DNA of 61,658 bases from an uncultured Janthinobacterium sp. (GTDB taxonomy: Bacteria; Pseudomonadota; Gammaproteobacteria; Burkholderiales; Burkholderiaceae_D). The stretch lies in contig CAUSDR010000001.1 in assembly GCA_963530105.1 (NCBI GenBank), positions 1 to 61,658 of the forward strand, written 5' to 3'. A program made the translations under genes and the position numbers. Positions 50,784 through 60,187 of this stretch are shown here, piece after piece (the first letter of the stretch is position 1; each line of letters starts with the position of its first letter). Under the pieces are notes generated by a model. The model had not been told where the DNA came from, searched no databases, and saw only the letters and a program-made list of their open reading frames with translations.

Positions 50784-52544
50784 TCAGGGCTGGGGCTGTG
50801 GCTGGAAGTTGCGCAAAAATGCCAGCAGGGCGCGCGCCGCGATGTCGGCGTCGTCCGCCGTCATGGTTTCCAGCGGGTTGTGGCTGATGCCGCCATTGCC
50901 GCAGCGGACAAACAGCATTGCCACGTCGGTGATGGCGGCCATGGCCATGGCGTCGTGGCCCGCGCCCGACAGCAGCGCATACGGTTCGATGCCGACCGCT
51001 GCCACGGCCTGCGCCAGCTGCGCCATCAGCCATGGCGCACAGGGTGCCGCGCTGATCGACAGCAGCAATTCCAGCTGATAGTCGATCTGGCGCCGCGCGC
51101 AGATGGCGGCGATACCGTCCAGAATATCCTCGACGGCCGCCTGGCGTACGGTGTCGCTGGCGGCGCGGATATCGAGCGACAGGGCGCAGGCGCCGGCGAT
51201 CACGTTGACGGAACCATTGGGCACGTGCAGCTGGCCCACCGTGCCCACCAGCGCCTCGCCCTGGTTGCAGCGCTGTTCCACCAGCAGGATGATTTCGGCG
51301 GCCGCGCTGGCCGCGTCCTTGCGCATGGTCATGGGCGTGGTGCCCGCGTGGCTGGCCACGCCGCCCAGTGTCACCAGGTAGCGCGAGCTGCCGGCGATTG
51401 CCGTGACGATCCCCAGCGGCAGATCGCGCTCCAGCAGCACGGGACCCTGCTCGATATGCACTTCCACATAGCCCAGCAAATCGGCCGGATCGCGCGCGAT
51501 GGCGCCAATGTCGGTCGCTTCGTGACCGGCGGCGGCCAGCGCCTCGCGCATGCTCGTACCGTCCGTGTCAATCTTTTCCAGCAGCGACACGTCGAACTTG
51601 CCCGTGACGGCCGTGCTGCCCAGGAACGTGCTTTTGAAGCGCACGCCTTCTTCCTCGGCGAAGCCGACGACCTCGAAGTGGAAAGGCAGTTTTTCGCCCT
51701 GCTCATGCAGGTGGCGCACGACGGCGATCGGCAGTACGATGCCCAGGCGGCCATCGTACTTGCCGCCATTGCGCACCGTGTCGTAGTGCGATCCCGTCAT
51801 CAGGGTCTTGGCGCCGGGCGTGTCGGACAGGTAGCGCCCGACCACGTTGCCGACGGCGTCGATATGCACCTGCATGCCCGCGTCCCGCATCCAGTCGGCC
51901 AGCTGCGCGGCCGTTTTCTGGTGCGCCGGCGTCAGGTAGGCACAGGTGAGGTTGTAATCGGAGTCGCTCCAGCCGGCCAGCGTTTCGGCGTGCTGCATGA
52001 TGGCCGGGCCAAAATCGAGGCGCACGTCGAACAGGTCGTTCAGGCGCAGCTCGGCGATGCGCTTGATCTGCCGCAGCGATTCGGCCAGTTCGTCGGCGCG
52101 GCGGTTTTTCAGGCGCCGCGCAAATGTGGCGATGATGTCCTGGCGCGTCAAGCCTTCGCCCGTCGGTCCCTTGACGGCGAGGATGAAGGGAAAGCCGAAC
52201 TTGGCGTTGTAATCGTCGTTCAGGCGCTGCAGGGTGGAAAATTCATCGGGGCTGCACAGGTTCAGGCCGGACTTGGCCTGCTCGCGCGTCGATTCCGCCG
52301 TCAGCTGCCCGGCGATGGCGGCCTTGCCGGCCAGCTCCGGGTGGGCGCGGATGAGGCCCAGCTGTTCTTCCGGCGAAGCCAGGGCCAGCACGCGCTGCAG
52401 TTCCGTCTTCAGCGCCGTCAGGCTGGCAAACGGCATGGCGGCGGCAGCCCGCTGGGCGATCCAGGGCGAGTGTTCATAGATGCCATGCAGCCGTGCGATA
52501 AAGTCAGCCGGGCTGCCGGCGTTCAGGTCTGAAAGGGTGGTCAT
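50784..52544 (-). CDS. OHCU decarboxylase (UraD) - allantoate amidohydrolase fusion
   Basis: N-terminal IYEHSPW, AHPELAG, ESTREQ, YNAKFGFPFI; C-terminal GSHYDTV, EEEG, HIEQG, GAGHD, SHNP; start M52544. Confidence 0.9.
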   Translation of the reverse strand: MTTLSDLNAGSPADFIARLHGIYEHSPWIAQRAAAAMPFASLTALKTELQRVLALASPEEQLGLIRAHPELAGKAAIAGQLTAESTREQAKSGLNLCSPDEFSTLQRLNDDYNAKFGFPFILAVKGPTGEGLTRQDIIATFARRLKNRRADELAESLRQIKRIAELRLNDLFDVRLDFGPAIMQHAETLAGWSDSDYNLTCAYLTPAHQKTAAQLADWMRDAGMQVHIDAVGNVVGRYLSDTPGAKTLMTGSHYDTVRNGGKYDGRLGIVLPIAVVRHLHEQGEKLPFHFEVVGFAEEEGVRFKSTFLGSTAVTGKFDVSLLEKIDTDGTSMREALAAAGHEATDIGAIARDPADLLGYVEVHIEQGPVLLERDLPLGIVTAIAGSSRYLVTLGGVASHAGTTPMTMRKDAASAAAEIILLVEQRCNQGEALVGTVGQLHVPNGSVNVIAGACALSLDIRAASDTVRQAAVEDILDGIAAICARRQIDYQLELLLSISAAPCAPWLMAQLAQAVAAVGIEPYALLSGAGHDAMAMAAITDVAMLFVRCGNGGISHNPLETMTADDADIAARALLAFLRNFQPQPQP

Positions 52545-52617
52545 GGTTTTCCGATCATGCAAGCGGTGATGATAGCGCCCCGTCCTGGCGTCCATTATAT
52601 GCGCGCGCTGATAGCGC

Positions 52618-53556
52618 CTATCGCTGCACCAGCGCCTTGGCCGCGGCGCTGACCTGATCGCGCAGCCATTTGTGCTCGGGCGCCTGGTGCACACGCTGGT
52701 GCCACAGCTGGTAAAAACGCATCGGCGGGAATTTCAATGGCACGGTATACGTTTTCAGCGCCAGCGTCTTTTCATAGAAGCGCATGAACTGGCGGCCCGT
52801 GGTCAGCACCAGGTCGGTCTGCGTCAGCATGTAGGGGATCAGGCCGAAATACGCCGATTCCACCACCACGTTGCGCTGCAGGTTTTGCCGCTCCAGGAAG
52901 GAGTCGATCACGCCGTGGTAGCCGGGCATCATCTGCGACGGCGCCACGTGGGGCAGGCTCAGATAGTCGTCCAGGGTCATGGCGTCGCTGGCCGTGCGCC
53001 GCGCGTAGGCGTTCTCCGCATGCATGGCGCAGATGATCGGGTCCTCGAACAGCTTCGAAATATGCAGATGCGCGGGCGGCTCGTCCCAGTTGGCGATCAC
53101 CAGGTCCAGGCCACCGTCGGACAACTGGCGGATATGGTCGATGCCCGGCCCCAGGCTGTGCAGCACCACGCGGCTTTTCGGCGAGCCGCGGCGCAGCAGC
53201 GCCACCACGTTCGGCAGGAACTGGCTGTCCAGATAGTCGGGCGCGGCGATATGGAAGGTGCGCGCCTCTTCCTGCGCCACGAAGGGCGTCTTCTTGACGA
53301 ACAGGCTTTCCGTCTGGTCGAGGATGCGCTTGGCCGGATTGAGCAGGCTTTCGCCATGCTGGGTGGGCACCATGCCGCGCGCGCCGCGCACCAGCAGCGG
53401 ATCGCCCGTCAGTTCGCGCAGCTTGCGCAGGGAGGCGGAAATCGAGGGCTGCGGCTGGTTCAGTTTCAGCGCCACGCGCGAGACGTTTTTTTCCACCAGC
53501 AGCAGGTAGAGGATGCGGATCAGGTGCAAATCAAGGTGTTGCGGCAGGCTGGACAT
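52618..53556 (-). CDS. LysR-family regulator divergent from puuD
   Basis: LDLHLIR..NVSRVA..QPSISASLRKLR HTH plus substrate-binding domain. Confidence 0.92.
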   Translation of the reverse strand: MSSLPQHLDLHLIRILYLLLVEKNVSRVALKLNQPQPSISASLRKLRELTGDPLLVRGARGMVPTQHGESLLNPAKRILDQTESLFVKKTPFVAQEEARTFHIAAPDYLDSQFLPNVVALLRRGSPKSRVVLHSLGPGIDHIRQLSDGGLDLVIANWDEPPAHLHISKLFEDPIICAMHAENAYARRTASDAMTLDDYLSLPHVAPSQMMPGYHGVIDSFLERQNLQRNVVVESAYFGLIPYMLTQTDLVLTTGRQFMRFYEKTLALKTYTVPLKFPPMRFYQLWHQRVHQAPEHKWLRDQVSAAAKALVQR

Positions 53557-53687
53557 GGGGCGGTGGCTCTGTTGTATATCGAATCGAATATGTCAAATAT
53601 ACGATATTTTTCATGTGAGAGGCGGTAAATCCGTTTATCTTGTGTAGATTGGCACGAATAATGGTTCGGTCTGACTAGAGGAAATTT

Positions 53688-54920
53688 ATGGAAGTATTTG
53701 CCTACCTGATTCCGTACGGCCTTGAATGGCTTAACCTGATCGTCCGCTGGCTGCACGTCATCACGGGCATCGCCTGGATCGGTGCTTCCTTTTATTTTGT
53801 CTGGCTCGATAACTCGATCCGTCCGCCGGCGCCCGGTTCCGAGCTGGCGAAGAAGGGCGTGTCGGGCGAGCTGTGGGCCGTGCATGGCGGCGGCTTTTAT
53901 AACCCGCAAAAATACCTGGTGGCGCCGGCCGCACTGCCGAAGGAGCTGCACTGGTTCAAGTGGGAAGCGTATTCCACCTGGCTGTCCGGCTTTGCCCTGC
54001 TGACCATCGCCTACTACTTCAATGCGCAGGCCATGATGATCGACAAATCCGTGGCGGACATTTCCAGCGGCCAGGCCGTCGGCATCGGCATCGCCACCCT
54101 CGTCATCGGCTGGACCGTGTACGATTTGCTGTGCCGCTCGAAGCTGGCGCAATATGAACTGTGGTTCGGCGTGACGGTGTTCGCGCTGATCGTCGGCGCC
54201 GCGTATGTGCTCACGCATCTGCTCAGCGGACGCGCCGCCTACATCCACGTGGGTGCCATGATCGGCACCATCATGGTGGCCAATGTGCTGATGCTGATCA
54301 TTCCCGGCCAGCGCAAGATGGTCGAGGCCATGGCCGCCGGCAAGCTGCCCGACCCCAAGCACGGGCTGAAGGCCAAGCAGCGCAGCGTGCATAACAATTA
54401 TTTTACTTTGCCGGTGCTGTTCATCATGATCAGCAACCACTACGCAATGACCTACCGCAACGATCACGCCTGGCTGGTGCTGGCGCTGATCATGGCGGCC
54501 GGCGTGGTCATCCGCCACTTCTTCAACCTGCGTCACAAGGGCCGTGTCGAGTGGCGCTATCCGGCCCTTGGCGTCGCCCTGCTGGTGGCCGTGGCCGTGG
54601 CCATCGCGCCGAAAGCGCCCGTGGCCGTGGCGGCCGCGCCGGCCGTGGATCCGGCCGCCCAGTTCAAGGCAGTGCATGCCATCATTGCCCAGCGCTGCGC
54701 CACCTGCCATTCGGCCCAGCCCACGCAGCCGGGTTTCGCCACGGCGCCAGCCGGCATGATGCTGGATAATGAGGCGGAAATTCGCCAGCACGTGGCGCAG
54801 ATCTACAAGCAGGCCATCGAGCTCAAGGCCATGCCGATCGGGAACCTGACCAATATGACCGACGCCGAGCGCAGTGAGCTGGGCGTCTGGCTGCAACAGA
54901 CCATGCAAGGAAAAAAATGA
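53688..54920 (+). CDS. puuD: Membrane urate hydroxylase with cytochrome c domain
   Basis: RWLHVITGIAWIGASFYF, HGGGFY, HWFKWEAY, RSVHNNY, MISNHY; C-terminal CATCH. Confidence 0.93.
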   Translation: MEVFAYLIPYGLEWLNLIVRWLHVITGIAWIGASFYFVWLDNSIRPPAPGSELAKKGVSGELWAVHGGGFYNPQKYLVAPAALPKELHWFKWEAYSTWLSGFALLTIAYYFNAQAMMIDKSVADISSGQAVGIGIATLVIGWTVYDLLCRSKLAQYELWFGVTVFALIVGAAYVLTHLLSGRAAYIHVGAMIGTIMVANVLMLIIPGQRKMVEAMAAGKLPDPKHGLKAKQRSVHNNYFTLPVLFIMISNHYAMTYRNDHAWLVLALIMAAGVVIRHFFNLRHKGRVEWRYPALGVALLVAVAVAIAPKAPVAVAAAPAVDPAAQFKAVHAIIAQRCATCHSAQPTQPGFATAPAGMMLDNEAEIRQHVAQIYKQAIELKAMPIGNLTNMTDAERSELGVWLQQTMQGKK

Positions 54921-56152
54921 CGACGCACGCAGAACAAATCACGACCTGGATCGACAGCCACTTCGACGAGGAAGTCGAATTTCTACAGAAAGTGGTGCAG
55001 CAGCCGACGGATACGCCACCCGGCAATAACGCGCCGCACGCGGAACTGGTGGCGCAGCTGCTGCAGGCGTACGGCTGGCACGCTGAAAAGCATGCCGTCC
55101 CGGCGGAGCAGGTGGCAGCGTACGGCATGCAGAGCATCACCAACCTGATCGTGCGCCGCCCGTATGCGGTGGGCGGGCCGACGGTGGCCCTGAATGCGCA
55201 TGGCGACGTGGTGCCGCCCGGCGACAACTGGACGTATCCGCCGTACGGCGGGCAGATCGACAACGGCTATATGTATGGCCGCGCGACGGCCGTGTCGAAA
55301 GGCGACTTCGCCACCTATGTGTTTGCCGCGCGCGCGCTCGAAGCGCTGGGTATTCCCTTGAAAGGCCAGCTGGAACTGCATTTCACCTACGACGAGGAAT
55401 TCGGCGGCTTGCTGGGGCCGGGCTGGCTGCTGGAGCAGGAACTGACGAAGCCTGATTTCGTCATCGCGGCCGGTTTCAGCTATGGCATCGTCACCGCGCA
55501 CAACGCCTGCCTGCAGCTGGAAATCACCGTGCATGGCAAGTCGGGTCACGGTTCCATGCCGGAGACGGGACATGACGCGCTGCAGGCGGCCAACAAGATC
55601 CTCAACGCCATCTACGGCCAGTTGCCGGAGCTGAAAAAGATCAAGTCCAAGGTCGCGGGCATCGACTCGCCCACCATGCTGGTGGGGCGCATTGACGGCG
55701 GCACGAATACCAATGTGGTGCCGGGAAAAGTCGTCATGAAAATGGACCGCCGCATGATTCCGGAAGAAGACCCGGTGGCGGTGGAAGCGCAGGTGCGCGC
55801 GTTGATCGAGGACGCCGTGCGGGGCGAGCCGGGCATCCGCATCGAGATCCGCCGCCTGCTGCTGTCGCATGCGCTGCGCCCCTTGCCCGGTTCCGAGCAG
55901 CTGGTGGGCAGCCTGCAAAAAAATGCGCAAGCCATCCTCGGCGAAAGCATCCCCGCCGTCGGCACGCCCCTGTATGCGGATGCGCGCCTGTATGGCGAGC
56001 GGGGCATCCCCGCCGTGCTGTATGGCGCCGGCCCGCGCACGGTGCCCGAGTCGAATGCGAAGAAGGCCGATGAACGCCTGGCGCTGGACGATTTGCGCAA
56101 GGCCAGCAAGATCGTCGCCCTGACCTTGCTGGACTTCCTGGCGCAGAAATAG
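54917..56152 (+). CDS. M20 (ArgE/DapE-like) family protein with atypical metal site
   Basis: NAHGDVVP, DEEFGG, GKSGHG and GGTNTNVVP; ATGA overlap with puuD. Confidence 0.85.
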   Translation: MTTHAEQITTWIDSHFDEEVEFLQKVVQQPTDTPPGNNAPHAELVAQLLQAYGWHAEKHAVPAEQVAAYGMQSITNLIVRRPYAVGGPTVALNAHGDVVPPGDNWTYPPYGGQIDNGYMYGRATAVSKGDFATYVFAARALEALGIPLKGQLELHFTYDEEFGGLLGPGWLLEQELTKPDFVIAAGFSYGIVTAHNACLQLEITVHGKSGHGSMPETGHDALQAANKILNAIYGQLPELKKIKSKVAGIDSPTMLVGRIDGGTNTNVVPGKVVMKMDRRMIPEEDPVAVEAQVRALIEDAVRGEPGIRIEIRRLLLSHALRPLPGSEQLVGSLQKNAQAILGESIPAVGTPLYADARLYGERGIPAVLYGAGPRTVPESNAKKADERLALDDLRKASKIVALTLLDFLAQK

Positions 56153-56226
56153 GGCGGGGCGCTTTGGCTTACAATGGGGCGCACGCACCATCCGTGAAGA
56201 AGACCCCCATTGATTGAAGAGCCAAA

Positions 56227-57144
56227 TTGAATACCCGTTTTCTCGAAGCGTTTGTCTGGGCCGCGCGTCTGGGCAGTTTCCGCACGGCGGCCGACAAGCT
56301 GCACATCACGCAGGCGGCCATCTCTAACCGCATCGCTTCGCTGGAGCAGGACTTCGGCACGCGTCTGTTCGACCGCGACGCGCGTGAAATCCGCCTGACC
56401 TTCGCCGGGCGCAACCTGCTCGTGTACGCCGAGCGCATGCTGGAACTGTGCCGCGACATGTATGCGGCCAATTCCTCGCCCGCGCAGATCACGGGCGAAG
56501 TGCGCATCGGCGTCATCGAAACCATCGTGCATACCTGGCTGATTCCCTTTTTGCAGCGCGTGCAGGAACGCTATCCCGGCATCGAGATCCAGCTGACGTC
56601 CGAATCGACGCGCCGCCTGCATGAACAGCTGCAGCAGGGCGAGCTTGATATCGCGCTGCAGACGGACATGCTGACGGGCGACCATATCCGCAGCACGGGC
56701 AGCGGCGCCATCGCCATGGGCTGGGCCGGCAGGAAGGCCGACTGGCCCGATACGGGCACGCCCTACACGGTGGCGCAGCTGGCGCAGCACCCCATCATCA
56801 CCATGAACCGCGGCTCGCAGCCGCATTCCGCATTGAAAGCGCTGTGCCAGGACGAGGGCGTGCAGCTGGGCCGCGTGCATTGCGTCAGCTCGATTTCGGC
56901 CATCGTGCGCCTGGTCAAAGCCGGCTTCGGCATCGCCGTGCTGCCGCTGGCGCCCCTGCGCGAGGAAATCGAGCAGGGCAACATCGCCCTGATCCCCTGC
57001 GCCAGCAAGCTGGCGCCGCAGCGCATCGTCATCAGCTACAGCGAAGACATCACCACGGAAGCGATTCAATTGGTGGCCATGCTGGCGTGCGAGGAGGCGG
57101 CCCGGTTTACCTTGGCGCTGAGTGAGGAATATGGGGCTGGGTGA
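56227..57144 (+). CDS. LysR-family regulator
   Basis: FLEAF..GSFRTAADKLHITQAAISNRIASLE HTH; TTG start. Confidence 0.9.
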   Translation: MNTRFLEAFVWAARLGSFRTAADKLHITQAAISNRIASLEQDFGTRLFDRDAREIRLTFAGRNLLVYAERMLELCRDMYAANSSPAQITGEVRIGVIETIVHTWLIPFLQRVQERYPGIEIQLTSESTRRLHEQLQQGELDIALQTDMLTGDHIRSTGSGAIAMGWAGRKADWPDTGTPYTVAQLAQHPIITMNRGSQPHSALKALCQDEGVQLGRVHCVSSISAIVRLVKAGFGIAVLPLAPLREEIEQGNIALIPCASKLAPQRIVISYSEDITTEAIQLVAMLACEEAARFTLALSEEYGAG

Positions 57145-57264
57145 TGTCGGCTTACGCTTGCGCTAAGCCGACCTACGATGCCGTGGTCGAGGTAAGACGC
57201 ACAGGCCGGATGAGCGCTCTGGCGCGTCATCCGACAGCATTCCTGCTGCCAGTATTCCCGATCC

Positions 57265-57279
57265 ACAAGAAAAACTTAT
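57265..57279. promoter_or_regulatory. Possible LysR site upstream of the EthD-like/MFS operon
   Basis: ACAAG-AAAAA-CTTAT imperfect dyad. Confidence 0.35.
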
Positions 57280-57369
57280 CAGTCGCGTTCAGAATAACCC
57301 GTTTGCCAAGTGATGGCGTGCCACCTATTCTGGGTTGGCACACCACCCATAACGCAGAACGGAACCATC

Positions 57370-58041
57370 ATGACGACGTCCCCCACCTTGCCCGGCATCC
57401 TGTTTGTCTGGACCAGCGCCGACCCGGAACACGAACTTGATTTCAACCGCTGGTACGACCGCGAACACGTGGAAGAGCGCGTGCGCATTCCCGGCTTCGT
57501 CAGCGGCACGCGCTACCAGAGCGTGCGCGGTCCCCGCAAATACCTGGGCCTGTACCGCACCGTCTCGCTCGACGCTTTCCAGACAGCGGATTACTTCAAG
57601 GCCTTCGGCCAGCAGACGCCATGGTCGGTGACGAACTTGCAGCGCATGGTGGACCCGATGCGCCGCGTCTGCGTCATCGAGGCGGAGACGGGCATGGGCA
57701 CGGGCGCCTGGCTGGCCGTGCTGCGCCTGGGCGCGCCAGCCATCGGGCAGGATGCCGAAGCGAAGGCTGGCTTGGCGGCACTGGGTGAAGAACTGCTGCG
57801 CATCGACGGCGTGATCGCCACACGGCTGCTGACACCTGACGCGACGCTGTCCGGCCCCCTGCCGGCGGAGCAAAAGGAAGGCCGCGTGCTCGATCCGATC
57901 TTCCTGATCGACGCCTCGTCGGAAAGCGCCGCCGTGGCGGCCGCCGAAGCGGCCAGCGCGGCGCTGGGACTGAATCCGGCCGAAGCCGCCATCCTGCAGC
58001 TGTCCTGGCAATTGCGCGAGGCCGACCTGCAGGCCGCCTGA
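57370..58041 (+). CDS. EthD/DUF4286-like dimeric alpha-beta barrel protein
   Basis: FNRWYDREHVEERVRIPGF...RY...KYLGLY pattern. Confidence 0.7.
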   Translation: MTTSPTLPGILFVWTSADPEHELDFNRWYDREHVEERVRIPGFVSGTRYQSVRGPRKYLGLYRTVSLDAFQTADYFKAFGQQTPWSVTNLQRMVDPMRRVCVIEAETGMGTGAWLAVLRLGAPAIGQDAEAKAGLAALGEELLRIDGVIATRLLTPDATLSGPLPAEQKEGRVLDPIFLIDASSESAAVAAAEAASAALGLNPAEAAILQLSWQLREADLQAA

Positions 58042-58149
58042 CACGGCCGCGCGCATCTTGCCGGCACCGATAACACGAGACACGGGCGACGGCGCAGGGC
58101 AAAGCATCCTGCGCCGCGCCTGCAATAAAACTGACGAGAGAGGTAGGCT

Positions 58150-59496
58150 ATGACCACACACACACCAGCGCACACCAGCGCGCAGGGCCGCACGGACGCC
58201 AGCACGCACGCGGGCGCACCCGGCGCAAAGCCCAAGACGGGCCGCCTGGCCACGGCCAGCATGGTCGGCACGACCCTGGAATGGTATGACTTCACCGTCT
58301 ACAACACCATGGCCGCGCTGATCTTCAATCACCTGTTCTTCCCCTCGTTCGACCCGCTGACGGGCACCATCCTGGCCTTTTCCACGTATGCGGTGGGGTA
58401 TATTTCGCGCCCGATCGGCGGCGTGATCTTCGGCCACCTGGGCGACAAGCTGGGACGCCGCTGGGTGCTCGTGGTGACCCTGATGCTGATGGGCGTGACG
58501 ACGGGCCTGATGGGCCTTTTGCCCACCTACGCCACGGCCGGCATCTGGAGCCCCATCCTGCTGGTGGCGCTGCGCTTCGTGCAGGGCATCGCGCTGGGTG
58601 GCGAATGGGCGGGCGCCGTGCTGATCTCCGTCGAACACGGAGCGGCGGACAAACGGGGCCGCAACGCTTCGTGGACGCAGGTGGGACCGTCGTTCGGCAC
58701 CTTGCTGGCGACGGGCTGCATCGGCCTGATCACGTATCTGCTGCCGCATGAAGCCTTCATGGACTGGGGCTGGCGCATGCCGTTCATCGCCAGCCTGCTG
58801 CTGGTGGCGTTTGGCATGTGGATACGCAGCGGCATCGATGAAACTCCGCTGTTCAAGGAACTCGACAAGAAAGACGCGAAGGCGGAAGCGCCGATCGGCG
58901 ACGTGCTGCGCGTCTACTGGCGCCGTCTGCTGATCGCCGGCGGCGTGCGCATCGGCTCGGACGTGCTGTATGCGCTGGTGGTGGTGTTTACCCTGACGTA
59001 TGTGACGACGGTGCTGCATCTGTCGTCGACACTGGCGCTGACCGCCATCATGATCGGCACGGCCTGCAATGCGCTGGCGGTACCCGTGTTCGGCGCGCTG
59101 TCGGACAAGATCGGCCGCCGTCCCGTGTATGCGCTGGGCGCGGTCCTGGGACTCGTGTGGACGTTTGCCTTCTTTACCCTGCTCGACACGGCCAGTCCGG
59201 CCGCCATCGTCACGGCCGTCGTCGTGGGCCTGGTCATCCACGCCATCATGTATGGCCCGCAAGCGGCTTTCGTCATCGAGCAATTTCCCACCAAGGTGCG
59301 CTATGCGGGGTCCTCGCTGGCCTACACCCTGGCCGGTGTCATCGGCGGCGGCTTCGCACCGCTCGTCATCGCCAGCCTGTACCGCTCGTATAACAGCACC
59401 ATGGCCGTCTCGCTGTACGTGGCGGCGGCCCTGGTGATCACCGGCGCCGCCGTCTTCGCGGCCAGAGAAACGGGCCGCGGCCCCCTCGAGGAGTAA
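58150..59496 (+). CDS. MFS transporter, metabolite:H+ symporter (MHS) family
   Basis: GTTLEWYDF, RPIGG..FGHLGDKLGRR, QGIALGGEW and WGWRMPF motifs. Confidence 0.92.
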   Translation: MTTHTPAHTSAQGRTDASTHAGAPGAKPKTGRLATASMVGTTLEWYDFTVYNTMAALIFNHLFFPSFDPLTGTILAFSTYAVGYISRPIGGVIFGHLGDKLGRRWVLVVTLMLMGVTTGLMGLLPTYATAGIWSPILLVALRFVQGIALGGEWAGAVLISVEHGAADKRGRNASWTQVGPSFGTLLATGCIGLITYLLPHEAFMDWGWRMPFIASLLLVAFGMWIRSGIDETPLFKELDKKDAKAEAPIGDVLRVYWRRLLIAGGVRIGSDVLYALVVVFTLTYVTTVLHLSSTLALTAIMIGTACNALAVPVFGALSDKIGRRPVYALGAVLGLVWTFAFFTLLDTASPAAIVTAVVVGLVIHAIMYGPQAAFVIEQFPTKVRYAGSSLAYTLAGVIGGGFAPLVIASLYRSYNSTMAVSLYVAAALVITGAAVFAARETGRGPLEE

Positions 59497-59505
59497 ACAA
59501 AAACC

Positions 59506-60183
59506 ATGACTACCCATACCTTCAACCTGGCCGGCCACGGCCCCGTCACCTTCGACATCGACAACCTCATCATCGCCGGCTGGACGGGCCGCGACATGGC
59601 GATGGTGGAGCATCATATCGCCGAACTGGAAGCCATCGGCGTGGCGCGCCCGAAAAGCGTGCCGACCTTTTACCGCGTGGCGGCGGCGCTGCTGTCCAGC
59701 GATGCGGCCATCGAAGTGCCTGGCGGCGATTCGTCCGGCGAGGCCGAATTCGTGCTGTTCTCCACCGAATACGGCCTGCTGGTGGGCATCGGCTCCGACC
59801 ATACGGACCGCAAGGTGGAAAGCTATGGCGTGACGGTATCGAAGCAGATGTGCGGCAAGCCCGTGGGCGACACCCTGTGGCGCTATGCGGACGTGGCGGG
59901 CCACTGGGACCAGCTGCAGATGCGCTCCTGGCGCGAACGGGCCGGCGTGCCGGCCCTGTACCAGGACGGTCCCGTGACGCGCATGCTGTCGCCGGAAGAC
60001 CTGATCGCGCGCTACACGGGCCAGGCCAGCCTGCCCGTGGGCAGCGCCATGTTCTGCGGCACGCAGCCCATCATCGGCGAGATGGGCCACGGCGACGCTT
60101 TCGAGCTGGAGCTGTATGATCCTGCCTTGCAGCGCCGCCTGCAGCACCGCTATGCCGTGCAAACCCTGCCCGTGGAAGGATAA
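59506..60183 (+). CDS. DUF2848 family protein
   Basis: IAGWTGRD..HHIAEL, SSGEAE, GSDHTDR, SKQMCGKP and FCGT motifs. Confidence 0.82.
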   Translation: MTTHTFNLAGHGPVTFDIDNLIIAGWTGRDMAMVEHHIAELEAIGVARPKSVPTFYRVAAALLSSDAAIEVPGGDSSGEAEFVLFSTEYGLLVGIGSDHTDRKVESYGVTVSKQMCGKPVGDTLWRYADVAGHWDQLQMRSWRERAGVPALYQDGPVTRMLSPEDLIARYTGQASLPVGSAMFCGTQPIIGEMGHGDAFELELYDPALQRRLQHRYAVQTLPVEG

Positions 60184-60187
60184 GGCA

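Noticed and set aside
53650..53664. Sigma54 promoter upstream of puuD (TGGCACG-AATA-ATGG)
   Set aside because: The -12 GC is missing.
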